Below, piece by piece: positions 50,280 through 61,531 of a DNA stretch of 64,000 nucleotides. Each line of letters starts with the position of its first letter. Positions within the stretch are counted from its first letter, which is position 1. Under the pieces are notes generated by a model, which saw only the letters and a program-made list of their open reading frames with translations, was not told where the DNA came from and made no database searches. Source of the DNA: an uncultured Candidatus Entotheonella sp. (GTDB lineage: Bacteria > Tectomicrobia > Entotheonellia > Entotheonellales > Entotheonellaceae); NCBI GenBank assembly GCA_965215335.1, contig CBDCDA010000001.1, positions 768,001-832,000 on the forward strand, read 5' to 3'. Both the position numbers and the translations under genes were made by a program.

Positions 50280-51124
50280 GGCTCAGGACTCATAACCAGA
50301 AGATGACCGTGGCAGCAAGGCAGATGGCACTGAAAAAGGTGTGCGCACACCGGTCATGGCGCGTGGCGATGCGACGCCAGTCCTTGAGACGACCAAACAG
50401 ACGCTCGATGAGGTTACGACTCTTGTATAGCTCGCGGTCATGGGCAATCGGCTCTTTACGATTGGCACGGCCCGGAATGCACGGCGCCATGCCTCGCCTG
50501 GCAGGCGCCCGGCGCAACCGGTTGCTGTCGTAGCCCTTGTCGGCTATCAGGACCCCGGACGCCGGTAGAGCAGGCACAATCGTATCAGCCCCGCGATAGT
50601 CGCTGACCTGACCCGCCGTCAACAACAGCACGATGGGCCTACCGTCGCCGTTACAGACCGCATGGAGCTTGGAGTTCAGACCGCCTCGGGTGCGCCCGAT
50701 CTGACGCGGAAAAGCCCCTTTTTCAGCAGGCTGGCAGCGGTGCGATGCGCCTTGATATGGGTGCCGTCGATCATCACGGTTTCGGTCTCGGTGCTTTCTG
50801 AGGCCAGGGTCTGGAAGATACGGTCGAACACCCCGGCCTTGCTCCGGCGCACGAAGCGGTTGCAGAGGGTCTTGTGGGGACCGTAGCAGGCGGGGGCATC
50901 GCGCCACATGAGGCCGTGGCGGATGACGTGGATGATGCCGCTGATGACCTTTCGGTCATCGACGCGCGGGACGCCCGAGCACCTTGTTGGGCAGCAGGGG
51001 TTGAAGTCGGGCAGACTGCGCATCGGAGAGCCAGAAGTGATGATCGGGGCATGGTGAGCCTCCCCATGGAGTCAGAGTCTTGAATCCGATATGTTCAATG
51101 ATAACCCTTTATAGGTCCTGAGCC
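50280..51124 (-). mobile_element. IS5 (IS427 group) copy 3, diverged, orfA frameshifted
   Basis: GGCTCAGGAC IRs with CTAG at both ends; homologous to 421-1263. Confidence 0.92.
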
Positions 51125-51126
51125 TA

Positions 51127-51925
51127 GGCTTAGGACTCATAACCAGAAGACGACCGTGGCAGCAAGGCAGATGGCACTGAAAAAGGTGTGCGCACACCGG
51201 TCATGGCGCGTGGCGATGCGACGCCAATCCCTGAGTCTGCCAAACGGACGCTCGATGAGGTTACGACTCTTGTAAAGCTCGCGGTCATGGACAATCGGCT
51301 CTTTACGATTGGCACGGCCCGGAATGCACGACGCCATGCCTCGCCTGGCAAGCGCCCGGCGCAACCGGTTGCTGTCGTAGCCCTTGTCGGCTATCAGGAC
51401 CCCGGACGCCGGTAGAGCAGGCACAATCGTAGGGCTTGCCATCGCCGTCACAGACCGCATGGAGCTTGGAGTTCAGACCACCGCCTCGGGTGCGCCCGAT
51501 CTGACGCGGAAAAGCCCCTTTTTCAGCAGGCTGGCAGCGGTGCGATGCGCCTTGATATGGGTGCTGTCGATCATCACGGTTTCGGTCTTGGTGCTTTCTG
51601 AGGCCAGGGTCTCTGGAAGATACGGTCGAACACCCCGGCCTTGCTCCAGCGCACGAAGCGGTTGCAGAGGGGTCTTGTGGGGACCGTAGCAGGCTGGTGC
51701 ATCGCGCCACATGAGGCCATAGCGGATGACGTGGATGATGCCGCTGATGACCTTTCGGTCATCGACGCGCGGGACGCCGCGCACCTTGTTGGGCAGCAGG
51801 GGTTGAAGTCGGGCAGACTGCGCATTGGAGAGCCAGAAGTGATGATCGGGCATGATGAGCCTCCCTATGGAGTCAGGGTCTTGAATCCGATATGTTCAAT
51901 GATGACCCTTTAGAGGTCCTGAACC
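51127..51925 (-). mobile_element. IS5 (IS427 group) copy 4, degenerate, tandem with copy 3
   Basis: Shares CTAG 51124-51127 with copy 3; internal deletion and frameshifts. Confidence 0.9.
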
Positions 51926-51979
51926 TAGACTACACGCGGCGACGTATCGCCTGTCATACAACGTTGTCCATAGAGAATT

Positions 51980-53049
51980 TAGAGCGGTTTTCGTTTGTAT
52001 GTCTGGCCTGCCTGGGGTAAGTTTGACGCATGAAAGCTTACTCAACTGATCTACGCCAGAAAATCATCGAGGCTTATCAACGAGGCCAAGGGGCCCAACG
52101 CGCCATCGCCGACCTCTTTGGTGTCAGTGTCTCCTTCGTTGAAAAACTTCTGCAACCTTACCGAACCACCGGCAACCTTGAGGCCAAACCCCATGGCGGC
52201 GGCCAGAGGCGACGCCTTGACACCGCTGGCGACCAACGCATCCGGGCATGGATACAGGAACAGCCCGACTGACCTTGGCAGAACTCCGCACCCAAACACG
52301 CCAGTAACTCGGCATCACGCTGAGCTTGACGACACTTTGGCGCATGCTGAAACGGCTTTTTGGGCCTGACACGAAAAAAAGACCCTCCAGGCCTGCGAAG
52401 GGGACACCGAACGGGTACGCCAGCACTACCGCACCCAGATCGACTCGATTCCTTCCGAGCGCTTGACGTTCATCAATGAATCGGGCGCAACTTGGCCCTG
52501 ACGGAAACGCACGGGCACGCCCCCAGAGGCCAGCGTGTCATTGACCGGGTGCCCAAGGACGCCGGGATGAACATGACGATGATCGGGGCGCTTTCGCTTG
52601 ACGGCCTCAAGGCGTTGATGCCCCGGGGCGACGACGGGCGGCGTGTTTCGTACCTACGTTGAAGAGGTATTGGGGCCGACGTTGAGGCCGGGTGTGGGAT
52701 AACCTATGTCTGGCCTATCACGACGACAGGTCCTCGGGGTCAATTTGTCTACTGCGGAGGCCCCGTACAGTCACACGAAAACCGCTATAAGTCGCGGAGG
52801 TTTCCGAAGCGATTGTTGCTCGTGGGGCTGAGGTTGTGACTGCCGCCGTATTCGCCCGATCTGTCGCCGATTGAACGGTGTTGGTCGAAGCTCAAGACGG
52901 CGTTGCGTAGTGCGAAGGCGCACACGTATGAGACGCTCAACGTCGCATTGGCTGAGGCTTGGGACCGGGTAACGGCATCGGATGCTCAAGGCTGGTTTAC
53001 CCATTGCGGCTATCCCATATAGTCACTTAGTCACGCGAAAACCGCTCTA
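51980..53049 (+). mobile_element. IS630 family element, degenerate
   Basis: IR TAGAGCGGTTTTCG at both ends; MKAYSTDLRQKI, LPPYSPDLSPIERCWSKLK. Confidence 0.9.
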
Positions 53050-54412
53050 AGTTGCTTGGGGTAATCATTGCGCAACTCAGCCCCATGGTGAAGCCATGCC
53101 ATACAAAATACAGCGTGCCGTCGTTGGACACGGCGTCTAGAGCGAAGACAAGAGCCCAACCGGCGACGGTATTGGTGGCAACGGATTTCGGCAGGGTTAA
53201 ACACCTCCACAGCAACGAGCCAATGAAGAGCAGAAACAATGTTAGCGGGGCGATGCCAGCCTCCCCCCAAAGCATCAGGTACGCATTGTGGCTTCCACAT
53301 GGGATTCCGAAGCGGCAAAGAGGGGCGTCGCTTATGGAATGGAAATGCGTGATGCCATGACCGAAAAGCGGGGCTTCCGCTATCTGCGACAGAGCCAGGG
53401 GCCAGAGTACTAAGCGGGTATTGAGGTTCTCTTCAAGGGTCCCGAGATTTATAATCCATGTCAGCCGGGCTTGTTGGCCGTCCTTTATCGGCAAGTATTC
53501 CAGGTTGACGATCGCGAGGATGCTGCCGCCTACCACGATCATAACCGCCAGCCATACGCCGGTGGCCATCCGTCCGAGGCGCAGGTTGGACACCGAGGCG
53601 ATCAGGAAGAAAAGGAAGAGCAGCGCCAGAGTGATGACTGCCGTCCTTGAAAATGTCAGGATGACCGCCACGCTGCCGAGGATCACCACGAAAGTGGCGA
53701 ACTTTCGATACCGGCCTCCGTCCAATGATAGGGACAGCGCCAAGGCGACTGCATAACAGGCGACTATGCCTGCGTGATTGGGGGTCCCGAAAGTGCCCAT
53801 GAACCGAAAGGAAGTGTGATTCTGGAGATACGTCAGAGGATAGAAATGATCCACGATCCAGGGAGTCGCCAGTATGAGTACACAAGCCACGGCCAAGATC
53901 GCCAGAATCCCTTTCAACAGCCGTTTAACACTGATCCGTCGCAACACTGCGGATGCGCCAAGCGCCGACGCAACAACGATCAGGACGGCAAGGCCAACAT
54001 GAAACGGGACCCTGTCATGCAGTCCGTTCCACACGATACTGTCAATAAGCGCAACGCTCATGCCGATAAGAAAGTAAGAGGTCAGGGCGGCCACGATCAG
54101 AAAGCCGGGAGCCCCTAGAGTCCGACGAAAAGGAATACGGACCGTAAGGCACAGGTAAGCGCAGAGAAGTGCAATCCCAATGGTGTTCAACCAAGCCGTA
54201 CCGAATACCCTAATGGATAAATGGTGAAAGTTGACCAGAGCCGCAACCGCCAACAGCCAGAACGGAAGTCTTGCCGAACGAAATACCGGAGGCCGCCGAT
54301 TGGGTGGTGCGATCGTGGGGTTCATCGGCGTCGGTTCACCGACCATTATGCCCGCCTCCATTTTTCGAGAAGAGGCCGCGTACCCGTGGAGTTCGCAAGA
54401 AATACAAAGCAC
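53027..54412 (-). CDS. O-antigen ligase/Wzy_C family membrane protein; 3' end cut by IS630
   Basis: RFMGTFGTPN, LTFSRTA, PLFGHG, SHNAYLMLWGEAG. The true start is probably somewhat downstream. Confidence 0.88.
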   Translation of the reverse strand: MLCISCELHGYAASSRKMEAGIMVGEPTPMNPTIAPPNRRPPVFRSARLPFWLLAVAALVNFHHLSIRVFGTAWLNTIGIALLCAYLCLTVRIPFRRTLGAPGFLIVAALTSYFLIGMSVALIDSIVWNGLHDRVPFHVGLAVLIVVASALGASAVLRRISVKRLLKGILAILAVACVLILATPWIVDHFYPLTYLQNHTSFRFMGTFGTPNHAGIVACYAVALALSLSLDGGRYRKFATFVVILGSVAVILTFSRTAVITLALLFLFFLIASVSNLRLGRMATGVWLAVMIVVGGSILAIVNLEYLPIKDGQQARLTWIINLGTLEENLNTRLVLWPLALSQIAEAPLFGHGITHFHSISDAPLCRFGIPCGSHNAYLMLWGEAGIAPLTLFLLFIGSLLWRCLTLPKSVATNTVAGWALVFALDAVSNDGTLYFVWHGFTMGLSCAMITPSNLERFSRD

Positions 54413-55905
54413 ACCGTAGCCAGCAGGCCAGCGATCCCGCCCATGACTGCGGCCAGATGCTTGGATGGATATGCGGACGCCACCGGCATCATAGCCCGCG
54501 ACGCCAAGCGCACCTCCGACACGGAGCCAGCCTTCTTCAATAACAGTTCGACACTTTCGTTCTGAAGGGTTTTCAGGGCCGAACGCAGGATGTTCCGCTT
54601 CTCAATGAGGTCCAGAAGCACGGTATCCGCTAAATCCTTCTCCGACTTCAGTTTTCGAATGTCCTCTTCCAAATCGATGATGAGAAATCTAAACGTCTCC
54701 TCTGAATCGTTGAATTGATCTTGTGGCGCCGACAGGTACGACTTTCCCGATGGGGGGAGACTCGGCTCATCGCCACCCTCTGCGATGCGTACCTTGACGA
54801 TTGTGTCGTTGTCCTCAACCATAGAAGTTCCATAACGCCCATGACGTTCGGCGAGTTCTACGGACTGACGCATAATGAGCGACGTGAGTTGAGCGAGCCG
54901 ATCTTGCAGCGTGAGAATGAGCGCGTCCACGTCGGCGCCCTGATCGGTCGCATTGGTGTGGGTCACGTCGGCGATGTCGTATCTGATTTCCAGGGTGCCT
55001 GGCAGTTCGGCCAGTGAGGCATAGGCTTCGGCTTTGATCGCCAGGAGAGCCAGACTGTTCGAGGCAACACCTGCATCCCCCGCTCTCTCGACCTGAAGAC
55101 GAAAATCATGCGCGGTTTCCAGTAACCATAACAGCTTTCGTCGGAGTCCGTGGCTTTGCTCCAGCATCTCCTCCAGCGCCCTGCTCCACTGGCTGACGAC
55201 GGCTTGTTTCGCAGCGATCTGACGGCCTAGTTCGTCGACTCTGCTCTCGGCGATGAATACTTTCAATTCCTCTTGGACTTCTTTGTAGGCTGCTTCCGTC
55301 GACTTGATCTCGTCGTTGATCGAGGAGACCAGGCTCAATGGCACCTGTTCGTACAGCAGGTTTACGTGATTCACGTATTCCTCTGCCCAGACGTTGGCGA
55401 TGACCTCGGCCTTCTCCGGCGAATCGGCACTGGCTACGATGCGGATCAGATCGCTGCTATTCTGTTCCGTAAATGGGCCGACCGTCACCAGTTCGGCGTC
55501 GATTCCTCCGAGCAGGATGGCCGTATTGACCTCCAATAATTGCCCACGCAGCCGCTCGATCACCGCCTGCGCCACGTTTCCATTGCGAACGAGCCCCACC
55601 AACGCGGCCCGTCGGGCCGCCACATGGTGCCGGAAATTCGGAGGCGTTGACGACCTAATTGTGAGCTTGTCGTCAATGGAGACGTCGGCCGTCGTGCGAA
55701 CGATCACCACATGGGCCGAGGCCTCGTATTTCGGCTGGAGAACCTGCATGGCCATGATCAGCACACCCCCCCCGATCGCGCAAAGAGCGGTGCCGATGAC
55801 GATCTCCCGCCACCAGGCAAGCAGAACGAAAACGTACGTTCCGATGGCGACTTCCTCCTCCGGCCCTTGGCGGGAGGAAACTTCTGTACTGGCGTCACTC
55901 ATCAA
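54346..55905 (-). CDS. Wzz/GumC-like chain-length determinant
   Basis: N-terminal TM, PKYEASA, SPEKAEVIAN, long coiled coil, C-terminal Pro/Gly-rich TM. Confidence 0.85.
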   Translation of the reverse strand: MMSDASTEVSSRQGPEEEVAIGTYVFVLLAWWREIVIGTALCAIGGGVLIMAMQVLQPKYEASAHVVIVRTTADVSIDDKLTIRSSTPPNFRHHVAARRAALVGLVRNGNVAQAVIERLRGQLLEVNTAILLGGIDAELVTVGPFTEQNSSDLIRIVASADSPEKAEVIANVWAEEYVNHVNLLYEQVPLSLVSSINDEIKSTEAAYKEVQEELKVFIAESRVDELGRQIAAKQAVVSQWSRALEEMLEQSHGLRRKLLWLLETAHDFRLQVERAGDAGVASNSLALLAIKAEAYASLAELPGTLEIRYDIADVTHTNATDQGADVDALILTLQDRLAQLTSLIMRQSVELAERHGRYGTSMVEDNDTIVKVRIAEGGDEPSLPPSGKSYLSAPQDQFNDSEETFRFLIIDLEEDIRKLKSEKDLADTVLLDLIEKRNILRSALKTLQNESVELLLKKAGSVSEVRLASRAMMPVASAYPSKHLAAVMGGIAGLLATVCFVFLANSTGTRPLLEKWRRA

Positions 55906-55935
55906 GAATGTCCTTTATCCTAAAGTGATGTTACG

Positions 55936-57261
55936 CAATACTTCGGACAGTTTTGAGAGCAAGGTAGTCGCACGGGTTCTCCAATTCTATAGTTGTGTTA
56001 GCCCACGCAACCAAAGAATGGAGGTGTCCCGTGCGACTGCTTCAAAGTGTACTGCCGACCTTGGCCCAAACCAAGAAACCGCAACGCAAATTCATCGCCC
56101 ATCTATTGGGACTTCTACTGATGCTTCCCGGCCATGCCACGTTTCGTAATCTCAGCCGCTACAGTCCATATCACGAGCGCACCTTTGCGCGCTGGTACGA
56201 CCGACCCTTCGACTTTGTCGCACTCAACAAGGCGGCCATTACCCAAGTCATCCCGCCTGATCATCAACAGGCTCTGGTCATCGATGCCAGCTTCATCCCC
56301 AAAAGTGGCAACCACACCTATGGTCTTGAGCACTTCTGGAATAGTGGCCACCGGCGCAGTGAAAAAGGTCTGGAAGTCTCTGCGGTGGCCTGGCTCGACC
56401 TCACCGACAGATGCGCCTATGGCCTCAGTGTCGAGCAGACACCACCGAGCGACAAGACCTCTGAGGTGCAAGGCACCCGTATCGATGCCTGGCTGGAGCA
56501 ATTGCGAGGCGTGGTCTGTGGCCACCAACTCCATCATCTACGCCATGTGATAACGGACGGCTATTACAGCAAACGTAAATTCCTTGACGGACTTCGTGCC
56601 CTGGGGCTGCATCAGATTGGCAAGCTGCGCCGTGACGCCAATCTGCGCTATCTCTACCAAGGACCGAGGCGCCCAGGACCCGGACGACCCAAGACCTATG
56701 ACGGCAAGGTTCATTGTTCATTGGGACGACCTGGCACGCTTTGAGCGTGTAGCGAGCGAAGACGCCGCCGTCGTGCTCTATCACCAAGTCCTCAACCACG
56801 TGCATCTTCGGCGCAATCTGCGTGTCGTCCTGGTGGTCGATACCCGCAGCCAGCGGCAAGCGGTGCTGTTCAGCACCGACACCGACATGGATGCGCAGGC
56901 GCTTTATCGCGCCTACAAAGCGCGCTTCCAGATCGAATTTCTCTTTCGAGACGCCAAGCAGTTTACGTCTCTGAGTGCCTGTCAAGCGCGTTCCCAAGCC
57001 AAACTGCACGTTCACTTCAATGCGAGCCTGAGTGCTCTGACCTTGGGCAAACTGGAAGCTCGGCAGCAAAGCGGTGGTAGCGAGGCAGGGTTTTCCATGG
57101 CGAGTGTCAAACGGCGCGCTTTCAACCAACACCTGCTTGAGCGAATTTCTCAGCATCTAGCCGAAGGGCATAGCCTGGAAAAATCCAGCCCCGAATACCA
57201 AGACCTTTGCAACTATGGCACGATCACTGACAGGGCGGCCTAAATTCTGTCCGACCTATTG
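55936..57261 (+). mobile_element. IS701/IS4-like element, transposase frameshifted near 56715
   Basis: IRs CAATACTTCGGACAG / CAATAGGTCGGACAG; 6-bp GTTACG duplication; IDASF, DGYY, YKARFQIEFLFRDAKQ. Confidence 0.88.
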
Positions 57262-57262
57262 G

Positions 57263-57853
57263 TTACGCGGCCTTGAGGAGTTGGAGTTCATCAAAGGCAT
57301 GACGCACCGCCTTGAGATAGAGCCGGGTTCGTAAGGCCACGTGATTGAGCCGATGTTGCACACTGAGCCATGTCAGGCGACACGCAGCATAAATCGCCAG
57401 AAAACAATGATTGCTCTGCGTCCGTACCGTTCGGATCGGCGACCTGGCTAGCGACGCATGGCTCTTGAGCGTCTTGTGATACGTCTCCACGTTCCACCGT
57501 TTCTGGTAGATTGTGACGATGCCTTCTGCGTCATGCTCGAGGTCGCTGCAAGCCAGATACAAAACCCCGCGGCTGCCGTCTTTGTTTGTAAAGACCTGGC
57601 GGACGAGGAGAACCGCAAAGTCCAGTCCCCTCAAGTAGCCGCGTACCGCTTGGCGTTCCGGCAAGTTCAGCGCATCCAGGCGTGAGAAGTTTCCTTGGCG
57701 TTTGGCCTCGTAGCTCAAGGCCACCGTACGGTTGGATTTCAGGGCGATGACGAAATGCTTGCCCAAGCCCTGGCGAATGAAGTTCAGGTTGTCTTTGGCT
57801 GAGAACCAACTGTCAGCCAGCACGTAGCACCAGGCCAATGGCGCTGGCGGCAC
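57263..57853 (-). mobile_element. IS701-family transposase 3' remnant
   Basis: YVLADSWFS, ALKSNR, YQKRWNVETYHKTLK. Its terminal bases appear to continue at 55925-55935. Confidence 0.82.
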
Positions 57854-57883
57854 TGACTTGAAAGCGCCGGACGGCTTGTCCGG

Positions 57884-60085
57884 CAGGGTAAGCGCATATG
57901 GCGGTCAATCTGGTTAAGACCTGCGACAGATAGCTGTGATCCCAACCGGCCCGTTTGCGTCGGGCCTTGACGCCCCGCTTGTGACTCGATTCCCGTCGTA
58001 TCAGGTTCAGGGCGATGTGACGCAGCACCGACATCGTTTGAGCCCCAGCGTCTTGACGAATCCGACAGTCGTCTCCGCGAAAGCTCACGTCAAGCACCCA
58101 ATGGAGCGAATTCTCAACGCCCCAATGCTGCCGGACCGCTTGCGCAAAGCGCGCCGCATCACACTCAAGCGAGGTCAGAAAATAACGCCGCTCACAAGAC
58201 ACCACATCGCCCAGTTCCACCTGTGACTCGATCATGCCAATGCTGGCAATGTTGGCCCACGAACCCTTCACCCCCAAACACTCGATATCGCTCGTCAGCC
58301 AATAGCGGCGCGTCTCGATACGACCATGGTCGGCATCGACGCTCTGGTAATAATCGCAACTCACATCCGTCAACCCGCTCGTCGTCACAGCGTCGAAAAG
58401 GAGCTTGACCTCACCATGGAGCGTCGCATGGTTGTCTTTGAGAGTCAAGACATAATCCGCCCCTTGCTCGGCGATGCTGCGGGCGATCTCCTTCTGGCAT
58501 CCCATGGCGTCGATTGTCACCGTTGCCCCGTTCAACTCCAACAGCCCAGGCAAGTGGGGAAGGGCAGAGATTTCATTGGACTTGTCATCCACCTTCTTGA
58601 GTTGACCCAAAACGAGCCGCTTGGCACTGGCCCAGGCGCTGATCATGTGCACAGCACCCTTGGCCGCAGCACGGTCAAAAGAGCGCCGCAAGGTCTTGCC
58701 ATCCATGGCGACAATCTCTCCAGCGAGCGACCCGCGCAGGCCGTCCGTCCAGTTAATGAAGCACTGGGTGAGTTCTTCCGGCTCAAGCCGAGAGAGCACG
58801 CGACGGAAGGTGTCGGGTGAGGGAATACCATGAGGCAGGTCGAGAAACTCTTGGAGCCAATCGGCCTGAGCCTGACCGTACTCCTCCAGGGCACCTCGAA
58901 AAATACCTCTTGGGCGGTCCAAGATGACAGGATGGGTCATTCGCACCGTTTCGATAGGAAAATCAACTCAGCTTTCCAGGGTATCGCCTCCCGACAATCA
59001 GGATTCACCTCTCAAAGAGGGCGCCCGCTACACCTTGTCGCACCACTTGCCCTCAACCCACCGTCCCAAGACATTGCAACCCAACCAGCCGTCGCATGTT
59101 GTAGGCCAGGTTCTTGAGACCTGTCCGCGCCCTCGCCCGGACAAGCCCGATGCTGCGAACCAACGTCCCGCCCATGTCATTGTGCTGCGCGCCGAAGACG
59201 TGTTCCACCCGTGCCCGAAACCGTGAACGACTCCTGTTGCCGGCCTTCTCCCAATCCCGCAATGGACGGTTACGATGGCCCTTGCGATGAATCCGACTTG
59301 TCAGCCCCTTGGCCTTCACCTTCGCCTCTATCGCTTTCGACCGATAAGCGCTGTCCGCCCACACACCGCTTGCCATGTTGTCCGAAGTCAGTAACTCATC
59401 CATCACCTGACTGTCGTGGACCGAGGCGTCCGTCACCCGGTAACGCCGTACCAGTTTGTACGTGCGGTCGATGTTAATGTGGTTCTTGTAACCGTAGTGA
59501 CTGTTGCCGTGCTTTTTCGTCCAGCGCGCATCCGTGTCTTTCTGCCGACGCCGGGCCGGCTTGTCCGCCCAGGCCGTGGGCGTCCTGCCCTGCTTGATCT
59601 GGGCGTTGTCGTCACGACGGTTGCGTTGGATGGGGACCGCCACAATTGAAGCATCCATGATCTGGCCGCCCCTTGCCTGATAGCCCTGGGTGTTGAGATA
59701 GCCGTCGAAGTCGTTGAACAAAGCTTCGATCACACCGGCCTGTGACAACTGCTCGCGACAGAGCCACACGGTCCTGGCGTCGGGCACCTTGTCTTCAAGG
59801 CGCAAACCCAGGAAACGCACAAAGGAGAGGCGGTCGCGCATCTGGTATTCCACTTGGTCATCCGACAGGTTGTAGAGGGCGCACAACACGATGGCTTTGA
59901 ACATGACGATAGCGTCCCAGGGCTTGCATCCGGCATTGGACTTGCGCTTGTCGGGTGGCTTGCGCCAGACTGCTCCAGGCGGCTGCGGAATGTTTCCCAG
60001 GGAACGAGGGCATTGATCTTCACCAAGGGGTCATTCTTGGCGTCCAGATCAGAACGCTGGGCAATCCTCATATGCGCTTACCCTA
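57884..60085 (-). mobile_element. ISAs1 family element interrupted by IS5 and partly deleted
   Basis: AGGGTAAGCGCATATG IR at both ends; DGKTLR, KSNEI, TIDAMGCQ, HGRIETR, HWGVENSLHWVLDV. Confidence 0.9.
58889..60048 (-). mobile_element. IS5 family element near-identical to 27073-29650, left end deleted
   Basis: Right IR GGGCACCTCGAAAAATAC at 58889; transposase ORF 59053-59904. Confidence 0.92.
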
Positions 60086-60139
60086 GGCTTGTCGGGCTGA
60101 GGCGCCGGCTTGCACGGCGTCAATGATACGTTGGCGCAG

Positions 60140-60275
60140 GTCCTTCACGCCACGCTTGGACTCGATTCGCGTCGTATCAGGTTCAGGGCGTGACGCAGCA
60201 CCGGCATCGTTTGCGCCCCAGCGTCTTGACGAATCCGACGGTCATCTTCCCGAAAGCTCACCGTCAAGCATCCCC
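60140..60275 (-). mobile_element. Short degenerate ISAs1 fragment
   Basis: Similar to 57970-58100. Confidence 0.65.
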
Positions 60276-60306
60276 AGCGGATAGTTCGTTGTGTCAATAT
60301 CGGAAG

Positions 60307-61521
60307 TCATAGGATGGCTTCCACCTCGTCGCAGAACCGACGGCGAAGAGTGTCCCGAGAATAGCGCCGTCGGACCAGATCCTGTGCGGTTCGGCCCATC
60401 CTCTCGAGACGCTCGCGCGAGGTGCGCCGGATTTCTCGCAGCACCTCCACGGTGCCGTCCGTGTTCCCGTGAGCGACGTGCCAGCCGATATCGTGCTCTC
60501 CGATGATGTCGGAGGCATGACAGCGTTTCGGGCCAAGCAGCAGGATGGGACGGCCTGCCGCCATTGCACCGTAGATCTTGCAGGGGTGCGAAATACCCAC
60601 TGTTTCGTTGCCGACTGAAACGGCGTGTACATCAGCAGCGGCGAGAGAGTAGTGCAGAGTTTCCAGGGGCTGGAACGGGAGGGAGCGGATGTTTGAGGGG
60701 CGTTCCCGTTCGATGATCGCTTCGACATCCCGCTTGCCGAAACCACCGCCAATGAACAGGAACTCGAGCCCCCTTTCGTCCCGTAGCCGTAGCGCGGCTT
60801 GCAGCAACGTGTCCAATGGGTGGGCCAGGCTGTGGTTGCCACTAAACATCACGACGCGACGTCCCGGCTCGATGTGTTCTTTGCGCCAGGGGTTGGCGGC
60901 GTGCCCGATCCACTCGACGTGGCTGTTGTGGGGCCATGGCGGCATGATGACGGTTTTCGCCCTTGTGTCCAGCTTGTGTTGCACAAGCTCTGCCATGAAG
61001 CGGTCGAGGACGATGATACGCTTCGCGCGGCCGAGGATCCGACGGTTCAGCCAGTTCATCATGGACACCGCGAGGGCACTCTTCCGCAGCATGCCCATCC
61101 TGATAGCCAGGTCAGGGTTCAGGTCATGGAGCCAGTAGAAGACAGGCATGCCACGCAGCCATGAGATGACGAGAGCCGCAATCGGGCACAGAGGGGGCGA
61201 TGTGCTCACGAGGATCATGTCTGGTATCCGCGAAAAGCCCGCCCGGACGATGGCTTGCATCGTGAAGGACAACGCCCCCACCACCCGGACGACGAAGTTG
61301 CCCTTGCCGAACGAGCTCAGCGGAATACGCCGGATCCGAACCCCGTCCCGAGTTTCCTGCGAGGGGTACTTCCGGCGCCGATCCTCGTAGCCCCGGTTGG
61401 CCGCGAGCACACGAACCTGGTGGCCGCGGACGGCGAGCGCCGCGGCGACATCGTGGAGGTGCTGGCCAGTGGTGGACGGATCCGGCACGTAGGGTTGGGT
61501 CAAGATCAGGATGTGTGCCAC
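60307..61521 (-). CDS. GT4 glycosyltransferase (WbuB/WcaI-like)
   Basis: TQPYVPD, STSPP, HDLNPD, FSGN, PCKIYGAMAAGRPIL. Confidence 0.9.
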   Translation of the reverse strand: MAHILILTQPYVPDPSTTGQHLHDVAAALAVRGHQVRVLAANRGYEDRRRKYPSQETRDGVRIRRIPLSSFGKGNFVVRVVGALSFTMQAIVRAGFSRIPDMILVSTSPPLCPIAALVISWLRGMPVFYWLHDLNPDLAIRMGMLRKSALAVSMMNWLNRRILGRAKRIIVLDRFMAELVQHKLDTRAKTVIMPPWPHNSHVEWIGHAANPWRKEHIEPGRRVVMFSGNHSLAHPLDTLLQAALRLRDERGLEFLFIGGGFGKRDVEAIIERERPSNIRSLPFQPLETLHYSLAAADVHAVSVGNETVGISHPCKIYGAMAAGRPILLLGPKRCHASDIIGEHDIGWHVAHGNTDGTVEVLREIRRTSRERLERMGRTAQDLVRRRYSRDTLRRRFCDEVEAIL

Positions 61522-61531
61522 ATGAGCCTTC

